Of a stretch of 32,000 nucleotides of DNA, positions 25,586 through 32,000 are shown piece by piece. Both the position numbers and the translations under genes were made by a program. The notes below the pieces were generated by a model that saw only the letters and a list, made by a program, of their open reading frames with translations, had not been told where the DNA came from and made no database searches. The first letter of the stretch is position 1; each line of letters begins with the position of its first letter. Origin of the DNA: Telmatocola sphagniphila (GTDB lineage Bacteria > Planctomycetota > Planctomycetia > Gemmatales > Gemmataceae); NCBI RefSeq assembly GCF_018398935.1, contig NZ_CP074694.1, forward strand, positions 2,760,001-2,792,000, written 5' to 3'.

Positions 25586-28435
25586 TCAGTCGTTTATCTG
25601 CATCGAGGCATTGAGAATCTTGGCGATGCGATCGTGACACTCTTCCAGATGCGCCAGGGTCGTTTCATCCGCATCGGCAGGTTTGTCTTTGAGGGCCGCT
25701 TCGATTCGCTTGTTGATCTCCTTCAGATGCGCGAAGGCGAGGCTCTTCGCATCCGGAGGCAGACTGCCCCCGCCGCTAAAGAAGAACATAATTCCAAAGC
25801 CACCCGATTTCTCCCCTAAAACTATCTCCGATAGCTTCTTGAGATGTTCGCGCTGCAGATTTCGACGAATCGCAGAGGAGGCCGTCGCTTTCTTATCTCC
25901 CTTGGGCAGATCGGACCAGACGCCATCCGTGATGGTTCGGAAGACTTCCGAAATCTGCAACGGCTTGCCGTCTTTTTCCGACTTCAGCGAGTTATTCTGG
26001 ATTCGTTCCAGAGCCGAGACACTCAGCAATTGGTTCATGGCCATCCGCTGGATGCTGAGGACCCGGTTATGCACTGAGAAATCTGTGGAGTCGGTATCCG
26101 CGCCCCAATGGCTCCAGCGATCGACGGCCAGTTTCCGTAACAGATCGGGAGGATACTGGAAAGTCTTATCCGTGAAGATATTTTCCTGCAGGAACTTCAG
26201 AGCTTCGCGCTGTTTGGTGGTATTCACTGGAACCAGTGGATCTCGGCCTTTCGGATCGCCGCGGTGATCCCGATAAGCGTGCTCGCCGCCCACATACTTA
26301 GCGATGAGATACGACGAGTTTCCGTACTGGTTCAGTAACAAGTTGAAAGCGACCCGCGTTCGCTGGTAACCTTCCCCCTCATCCACAACCTGATTTGCCA
26401 GGTTCTTTAACAGTTCCTGGGCGATCAGCATGCGATCCTGGGAAAACTTCATGACATCGTTGCCCATGTCCCAGCGATTGATCAGCGGGTCGGAGGTGAG
26501 GAAGGTATCTTCATCCGTGCCGTAATCCAGACCGGCTTCAGATGCGCCACGACTCGCGATTTTCTTCAACTCCGTCACTTCTCCATCGGTACCCCCGGTC
26601 AGAGGCTTGTAAGCATACTCGATCGCCCAGAAGTCGTAGGGCCCCAGAGTCGTGGTGAAATAATCGCCCTGCTTGACGCCTTTGGGAGCAAGATTTACCG
26701 GAGCGTAATCCATCACCGAACCGAGAAGACCTTTTTCGTGGGTAATCTTGGTATCGTGCAGTTGATCGTTCGCCAGCATTGTGCTGCCTTTGAAGTTATG
26801 CCGTAGTCCCAGCGTATGGCCGACCTCGTGCATGACAATGGCCTTGATGGCCTGATGGATCAATTCATCCAGAATCTTGTCCTTATTCGCGTCGGCCTTC
26901 TCCTTATCGGATTTCTCCTTGTCCTTATCCTTCGGTTTATCCTTATCGCCGGGAGCTTTTTCCTTGGGTTGCGGTAGGAGTTCACGCTGGATCTGAGCCA
27001 GCGCGGCCATACCGAGTTCGTACTTCATGTGGCTGCCGCACTGGCAGACCCCCTGCTGAATCGCTCGCAATCGGTTGAGGGATTGCGATTCGCTCATTCG
27101 CTTGGGGCTCTCGTTCCAGTCGCCATTGATGCTGCGACGATTGAGTAGTTGATGATTCAGGCCAAACCCCATGTCCATGGCCAGGATGGAACTGGGGGAT
27201 TCGAATTCGATGCCGTTCTGCCGGAAGATCTGCCGTTCCTGTTTCCAGAAGCGAATCAAGTCGGCATCGAAAATGATGTCGGCATCCAGAATTTCACCGG
27301 TAAGAGGGTTCGCGCGGGACGGTCCCATGGCGAAAGCCGAGTCACTGGTGATCCAGCGGAAGGTGTTGTAGTTCATGTCTTCCGGATCGAAGTCTTCATC
27401 GTCGCGTTGCTGTACGACTTCGATTGCGTTACGGAAGCCAATTTTTTCGAAAGCTTTGTTCCACTCGAGAATTCCTTCCTGCACCGCCGCGCGATATTCA
27501 TGTGGAACAGTCTTTTCGATGTAGAACTTGATGCTGCGTTTGGGAACCGAAAGTTTACCGTTCTTCACATCGATCTGATCGGCCGGCTCCAGGCGCCAGC
27601 GATTGACGTAGCGTACGAAAGCGGTGTCCTTGCTCGTGCTGCTGAAGTCTTTGACGGCTGTGACGAAATAGCCGACGCGATCATCGGCCACACGAGGCTG
27701 ATAGCCGCCGTCGGGAAGTTCGGCCAGACCGTAATGAATCACGACGGTTTGTCCACGGCTGTCGATATTACTGTCGCCACCGCCGAATCGGCCGGAACTG
27801 TAAGTTGCTTGGACTTCCAACTCGATGTTTCGCGGGAAGACTTTAATTTTGCCCCAGACACTACGGCTGGAATCGAAAGCACCGAGGTTCAATTCGGCGA
27901 AGTCGGTCATGAAAATGTCATTCAGATTGATCAGCAACCCCTGATTCATCTGATTGATTGCGGCAATGCGGAGCGACATTAAAACCGAATCGGTATAAGT
28001 GATGTCCACGGCCCGTGCGGTCGGCGTCCCCGCTCGAGCCTTGAAGTGCACATTGCGTCGAATCAGATGCACTTTCTCGCCAGCCCGCTTAAAAAGCAGT
28101 ACCCATTGTTCATCGAAGTTCAGAGTCATGCCACCCATCCCGGCGCCTTTGGCTACCGCGATGGGGCAAAGGATCGGTTTCCCCAAATGCTGGGGCTGCA
28201 ACTCGAGGTAAGCGGCGTCTTCCTTCTGATAGACTTTAAATAGCCCTTCCTGCACTTTGGCGCCACGTGAGATGTTGGCAAATTCCAGGATGCGAGGATC
28301 CGGTCGGCGGAAACCTTCGTTCATCTGGACTCCCTCAAAGGGATTATCCGGCACTTGCGCCTGCGCTAAACTGGGGACAATCAGCATGGCACAGCATGCG
28401 CCAATAGAGAGTCCGAAACGCCAGTTTTTCCTCAT
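25586..28435 (-). CDS. Large secreted zinc-dependent metalloprotease (HExxH)
   Basis: This is a 949-aa ORF. The signal peptide is MRKNWRFGLSIGACCAMLIVPSLAQAQ. The zinc site is IVMHEVGHTLGLRHNF (HEVGH at nt 26816-26830), with downstream GSVMDY. The overall layout resembles the large bacterial zinc-dependent metalloprotease families annotated with DUF-type N- and C-terminal domains. Confidence 0.85.
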   Translation of the reverse strand: MRKNWRFGLSIGACCAMLIVPSLAQAQVPDNPFEGVQMNEGFRRPDPRILEFANISRGAKVQEGLFKVYQKEDAAYLELQPQHLGKPILCPIAVAKGAGMGGMTLNFDEQWVLLFKRAGEKVHLIRRNVHFKARAGTPTARAVDITYTDSVLMSLRIAAINQMNQGLLINLNDIFMTDFAELNLGAFDSSRSVWGKIKVFPRNIELEVQATYSSGRFGGGDSNIDSRGQTVVIHYGLAELPDGGYQPRVADDRVGYFVTAVKDFSSTSKDTAFVRYVNRWRLEPADQIDVKNGKLSVPKRSIKFYIEKTVPHEYRAAVQEGILEWNKAFEKIGFRNAIEVVQQRDDEDFDPEDMNYNTFRWITSDSAFAMGPSRANPLTGEILDADIIFDADLIRFWKQERQIFRQNGIEFESPSSILAMDMGFGLNHQLLNRRSINGDWNESPKRMSESQSLNRLRAIQQGVCQCGSHMKYELGMAALAQIQRELLPQPKEKAPGDKDKPKDKDKEKSDKEKADANKDKILDELIHQAIKAIVMHEVGHTLGLRHNFKGSTMLANDQLHDTKITHEKGLLGSVMDYAPVNLAPKGVKQGDYFTTTLGPYDFWAIEYAYKPLTGGTDGEVTELKKIASRGASEAGLDYGTDEDTFLTSDPLINRWDMGNDVMKFSQDRMLIAQELLKNLANQVVDEGEGYQRTRVAFNLLLNQYGNSSYLIAKYVGGEHAYRDHRGDPKGRDPLVPVNTTKQREALKFLQENIFTDKTFQYPPDLLRKLAVDRWSHWGADTDSTDFSVHNRVLSIQRMAMNQLLSVSALERIQNNSLKSEKDGKPLQISEVFRTITDGVWSDLPKGDKKATASSAIRRNLQREHLKKLSEIVLGEKSGGFGIMFFFSGGGSLPPDAKSLAFAHLKEINKRIEAALKDKPADADETTLAHLEECHDRIAKILNASMQIND

Positions 28436-28726
28436 AATGTACCTCTCGGTGTCTGGGGCCGATTCAATCGAGCATTGTCGATTTATAGCTAACGATAGTG
28501 AAATTCTGAAAATAGAACTTTGAGAGTATCCTTTCTAAACCGTGAAATCAACAATCTTTACTCTTGTCGGGCGATAATTTTGCCCAAACGAGCAATCTGT
28601 ATCGAAAGAATCAAAAAGAAGCCTCCGAAAATGGAAAATCGCTTGACTCCGTACGGATCTCGAATTCCAATTGAACCCTGTTATTGGCTCAAAAAAGATC
28701 GCAGATCGATCGCTGGAGGCCCACAG

Positions 28727-29446
28727 ATGGCTCGAATTCGAATACTCCGAAAACGCCTATTTCTGCTGCTCACGGCCATCCTTTTTACTTCTGTATCCCT
28801 GCAGGCGGCTGAAGAGGATATTTTGCCCCCGCAATTGCCTAAAGAGCAACGTGAACGGCTTCAGAAGTTTCTGGTCGATCACTCGCAACCCGAGCGATTC
28901 TTCCCGAAAAATGCGAAAGTCGTGGATTCCAAATCCCCGGTACCGATTCCGGATGAAAAACCCGTCTCGGCCAAATCCATAAAGCAGTACACGGTTCAGA
29001 TTGTTCAGCATCGACCAACACCCGATCAACCCCGAGTTAACAAAGTCGATGTCCTCTATTACCGACCCAATCCTGAAAAAGGGAAAGCCGGTATCACGGT
29101 GAAATATACGGTAGACCTGGAAACCGGGAATCAGGTCGGTGAGACCGAAGTCCTCCTGAAAGCCCACACTCCGATCTCCCGGGAAGAGACCGAGGAAGCC
29201 GTCGCTTTAGCGAAAGAAAAGTCACCAGAGCTCAAGGCCCTTTACGCCAACCGGGATCCGAAATCGATCCGCTGGGAATACCTGCAAATGATGGTCACCA
29301 AGAAGTTGGATCAGGTGCAAGTCGGTGACCGGGTGGTCCGAATCGTCTTCACGGCCGCTCCCGCTCAAGGAGAGAGCGAGGCCCCTCCTCCACTGCGCGT
29401 TCTGGTAGACCTGACGCGTCAACTCGTCATTAAAGACGACCGATAA
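28727..29446 (+). CDS. Secreted protein resembling the N2/N3 (D2/D3) domains of copper amine oxidase
   Basis: I place the start at ATG 28727, giving the signal peptide MARIRILRKRLFLLLTAILFTSVSLQAAEE. The track ORF from 28520 is a 5' extension. By eye, VDVLYYRP...ITVKYTVDLETGNQV...HTPISREETEEAVALAKEKSPELKALY...LRVLVDLTRQLVIKDDR parallels E. coli TynA ADVIMLDG...EAVVDLQNNKLL...NNSEEFAAAVKKRGI...LVAVVDLEQKKIVKIEE. Confidence 0.6.
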   Translation: MARIRILRKRLFLLLTAILFTSVSLQAAEEDILPPQLPKEQRERLQKFLVDHSQPERFFPKNAKVVDSKSPVPIPDEKPVSAKSIKQYTVQIVQHRPTPDQPRVNKVDVLYYRPNPEKGKAGITVKYTVDLETGNQVGETEVLLKAHTPISREETEEAVALAKEKSPELKALYANRDPKSIRWEYLQMMVTKKLDQVQVGDRVVRIVFTAAPAQGESEAPPPLRVLVDLTRQLVIKDDR

Positions 29447-29492
29447 GCTGGTTTTCTATCCTGATTTTCCGAGACACCACGAGATCTGCTTT

Positions 29493-30887
29493 ATGAAGTT
29501 AGCACTTCGCTCGGCCGCTTTGGGCATGTTGCTGGTTACGGCTGGCGTTTACTATCTCAGGGGCAGTTCTGGAGAAAGCACGGCGGTCGCACAAAGAATC
29601 CGTCCGCAAGAAACCCTCAATACGCAATCCCTGGAATCCTCTCCGAATATTGTCCGGCAAGGTTTTCCGGCCGCGGGATATGACAAAAGCGATATCACCA
29701 AAAGCGAAACCGCCTGGGAAATCGAATGGGAACTCACTCACCCGAATAATCGGCCGTACTATCCGCCCGGCAGCATGCTGCGAATCAAAAGCGCGAAATT
29801 CATGTGGAAGGATAAACAGGGGAAACCGCAGTGGATTACCGTGGTGCGGATGCTCGAGACTGCGGAAATTTATGTGCCCTACGACAACGGCAACACGGCC
29901 TTTCTCGACATCCATGACATGCCTTTCTACATGACGCCGGCCCGCAAGGAATTCCTAGGTCCCAACTGCGTTGCCCCGGGAGAGTTGATCAAATCCTCCA
30001 ACCCGGCCTGGAATCATACGCTTCATAAGGAAGTCCATGACGATGGCGTTCGCTGGATGAGTGCGGAGACAAATATGCGAAATCAGATTTCCGACCGAGT
30101 CCGACGAGGCGAAAAAATGATTCTCTGGGGAACCTACTACGGTGCCAATTACCGCTATCTGATCGAGTACAACTTCGGCGATGATGGCACTCTGGTCTGC
30201 CGTATCGGGCCTACCGGTCGAAACATTTTTAACCGCCAATCGGATCTGAGCGATACCCACCTTCACATCGGCTGCTGGCGCATGGAAATGGATCTGGGAG
30301 ACCCCATCACCAAAAAAGGAGGTCCGAAATCGAATGATGTGATACTGGTTCGCCGAGTATACGACGAAGCGAATGAAAAATTTGGCCTCGTCACTAAACC
30401 GTTCAACAAGAATTTTCAGAATGAAGCCTGCGAGGGATCGGCTCGCTGGGTTCCGGAAGAATTCACCACCGTCCGCTTCCAGAGCAAGGAACGAAAAAAT
30501 TCGCATGGCCGATCAATGGCTTACGATGTCATTTCACAACGATTCGGGTCGATCCGGCAACTCCAACCCGAAGGAGGCAGTTACGAGTCGAACATGGATT
30601 TCATCAATCAGGACTTTTGGGTGACGCGGACCGAACCCAGTTTCACTGAATATATTAACGTTCCCACTTACGCGAAGGAAAAACGCCCGCTCACGGATCA
30701 GGCGACCACTCTGTGGTTATGCACACCGGCGATTCACGCGGCTCGCGGTGAGGATTTCGGCCCCTCGAATGGAACCAACAGTTACTCCGGGGTCGCTATC
30801 ACCACCTGGGCAAGTTTCATCCTGAAACCTCGGGAACTCTTCGATAGCACGCCGTTGTATAAGTCTTCGCCAATCTTCGGACGCTAA
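29493..30887 (+). CDS. Copper amine oxidase catalytic-domain homologue (catalytic domain only, N-terminal signal anchor)
   Basis: The alignment by eye to the E. coli TynA D4 domain covers four blocks. YYGANYRYLIEYNFGDDGTLVCRIGPTG matches STVGNYDYIFDWIFHENGTIGIDAGATG. DTHLHIGCWRMEMDLGD matches TTHQHIYNFRLDLDVDG. FINQDFWVTRTEP matches FMDKQLWVTRYHP. LWLCTPAIHAARGEDFGP...ILKPRELFDSTP matches VWMTTGTTHVARAEEWPIMP...LLKPWNFFDETP. Confidence 0.8.
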   Translation: MKLALRSAALGMLLVTAGVYYLRGSSGESTAVAQRIRPQETLNTQSLESSPNIVRQGFPAAGYDKSDITKSETAWEIEWELTHPNNRPYYPPGSMLRIKSAKFMWKDKQGKPQWITVVRMLETAEIYVPYDNGNTAFLDIHDMPFYMTPARKEFLGPNCVAPGELIKSSNPAWNHTLHKEVHDDGVRWMSAETNMRNQISDRVRRGEKMILWGTYYGANYRYLIEYNFGDDGTLVCRIGPTGRNIFNRQSDLSDTHLHIGCWRMEMDLGDPITKKGGPKSNDVILVRRVYDEANEKFGLVTKPFNKNFQNEACEGSARWVPEEFTTVRFQSKERKNSHGRSMAYDVISQRFGSIRQLQPEGGSYESNMDFINQDFWVTRTEPSFTEYINVPTYAKEKRPLTDQATTLWLCTPAIHAARGEDFGPSNGTNSYSGVAITTWASFILKPRELFDSTPLYKSSPIFGR

Positions 30888-31046
30888 CCGTCCCGCCCAA
30901 TCTGTCCAACTTTCGGCGGGAGATGAGTTCTCAGGCTTCTCCTGCCGCCGGTTTTCCAATGCCCGGTCCTTCATCCCATATTGACAACACTACCGTATGC
31001 CGTCATAAGCATTTTTCGAAATCGGTTCTCACTGCGAGAGAAACTC

Positions 31047-31655
31047 GTGACTAGCAATTATCGGTGGAAATGGTGTCTGGCGGGATTTGTCGCCGTCGGC
31101 TGTGCCAGTGGGCCGCCCGTCGATCGTTCTCAGCCCGCCACAGTTGCCGTTCTCGAACAGGATTTCGAAAACCCGATTCTGATTTCGCCGGGTATTGGCG
31201 ATCCCATCACATATGCGGACATTTTCGAGCGAGTGCTTTCTGTCGTGGGAGATTATTTCGAGATCGCCTACCCGAACCGCTACGACGGCCGGATTGTCAC
31301 CCTGCCGAAGTTGGCCCCCGGCTACGAACAGTTTTGGAAGCCGGGTTCTCCAAACATCCGCGAGCGTCTTTTAGACACCATTCAAACGATGCGATATCGT
31401 TGCACGGTGCAAATCCGGGCCGCTCAGGCGGGGGGCTATTACGTTCAAGTGACGGTTCTGAAGGAATTGAAAGACGATCCCCAACCCGCATTGCCGTACG
31501 CCGGACGGGCCTCATTCCAGGAATCGCCAACGATCGAACGTCAATTTGAAGTGGTTGATCCCAATGCGGTTTCGACGGGCGAACGCTGGATTCCCAAAGG
31601 CCGGGATTACGCGCTGGAGCGTGAAATCCTGCGAAAGATTCAACGCTGCCAGTGA
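31047..31655 (+). CDS. Hypothetical lipoprotein
   Basis: The ORF is open from 30981. The most plausible start is GTG 31047, which gives VTSNYRWKWCLAGFVAVGCASG with a lipobox-like AVGC. I recognise no other motif. Confidence 0.5.
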   Translation: MTSNYRWKWCLAGFVAVGCASGPPVDRSQPATVAVLEQDFENPILISPGIGDPITYADIFERVLSVVGDYFEIAYPNRYDGRIVTLPKLAPGYEQFWKPGSPNIRERLLDTIQTMRYRCTVQIRAAQAGGYYVQVTVLKELKDDPQPALPYAGRASFQESPTIERQFEVVDPNAVSTGERWIPKGRDYALEREILRKIQRCQ

Positions 31656-31693
31656 GGATTACACTTCTTTAACAAACTCGCCCAGCCACCGAC

Positions 31694-32000
31694 TTAGTCG
31701 ATTACAGGGATCGACAACGGCAATTTGACCGTGAAGGTCGAACCCTTTCCAACAACACTTTCGACCCGAATACGGCCTTGATGTTGCTCGATAATTTGTC
31801 GGCAGACGCTTAATCCCAGACCTGTACCACCATGCCCGCTGGAATCGGGATCTTTGGTCGTATAGAAAGGTTCGAAGATCAACCGGAGTTGTTCGGGTGG
31901 AATCCCCGGTCCGGTATCGGCGATGCGAATCTCGGCCATCTGAGTGACCGCATTCTCCCGAATCTCGATCTTCAGCCGGCCTCCGTGCGACATGGCCTGG
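31694..32000 (-). CDS. Sensor histidine kinase, C-terminal HATPase_c domain. It is partial: the N-terminus lies beyond the right window edge.
   Basis: The G1/G2 boxes are [26 protein letters not shown] and [36 protein letters not shown]. The reading frame stays open upstream of the track's Met at 31993, through to the window edge. Confidence 0.85.
   Translation of the reverse strand, partial: QAMSHGGRLKIEIRENAVTQMAEIRIADTGPGIPPEQLRLIFEPFYTTKDPDSSGHGGTGLGLSVCRQIIEQHQGRIRVESVVGKGSTFTVKLPLSIPVID

Noticed and set aside
27149-27982. 277-aa plus-strand ORF inside the metalloprotease gene
   Set aside because: It is antisense to a well-supported 949-aa gene and has no recognisable motif or ribosome-binding site, so I treat it as a shadow ORF. 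The same reasoning applies to 15765-16370, 18619-19227, 11030-11608, 2944-3369, 29955-30506 and the other overlapping track ORFs.
28520-28726. 5' extension of the CuAO-N-like gene (track start at 28520)
   Set aside because: A classical signal peptide begins at the internal ATG 28727. The extension starts at a non-ATG codon in what looks like the divergent promoter region.
1-32000. Search for CRISPR arrays, tRNA/rRNA genes, IS elements and toxin-antitoxin pairs
   Set aside because: I found no regularly spaced direct repeats, no cloverleaf-compatible intergenic sequence (all gaps are under 330 bp and were read through), no transposase- or integrase-like ORFs other than xerC/D, and no small two-gene cassettes.

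Overview
This is a 32-kb chromosomal segment that looks planctomycetal. That assignment is an inference from protein architectures: a J-like DPYHxWL head, Ser/Thr kinases with an LTxYQAxQLLxG pre-kinase domain, and very large single-pass WD40 proteins. I call 23 protein-coding genes (two cut by the window edges), four hairpin terminators, one short tandem repeat and one AT-rich divergent control region. I found no rRNA, tRNA, CRISPR array, transposase or prophage genes. Ordinary content includes a MarC-family protein, nadK, an ABC-2 permease, an ABC-exporter-like protein, a thioredoxin-TPR protein, xerC/D, kdsB, oligopeptidase B, a GT-C plus GT9 glycosyltransferase pair, a large secreted Zn-metalloprotease, a lipoprotein and a histidine-kinase fragment. 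The best candidate for an undescribed system is the minus-strand cluster at 1-6778. It encodes a 1086-aa J-like/TM/WD40/Sel1-like protein, a vWA (TerY-like) protein, a PP2C phosphatase and an atypical membrane kinase with a propeller-like tail. This is a TerY-P-type phospho-switch triad with no Ter genes nearby, plus an extra membrane partner built like the kinase. The kinase gene is missing from the ORF track because it runs off the left edge. The second candidate is a copper amine oxidase that appears split into two secreted polypeptides (28727-30887) with an NYRY variant of the TPQ motif. Smaller oddities are an ABC exporter with degenerate Walker A, Walker B and signature motifs; a tandem kinase pair in which one has a decayed glycine loop; opposed terminators between two same-strand genes; and a low-GC island holding one orphan gene. 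All family assignments rest on motifs read by eye and need profile or structure searches to confirm.
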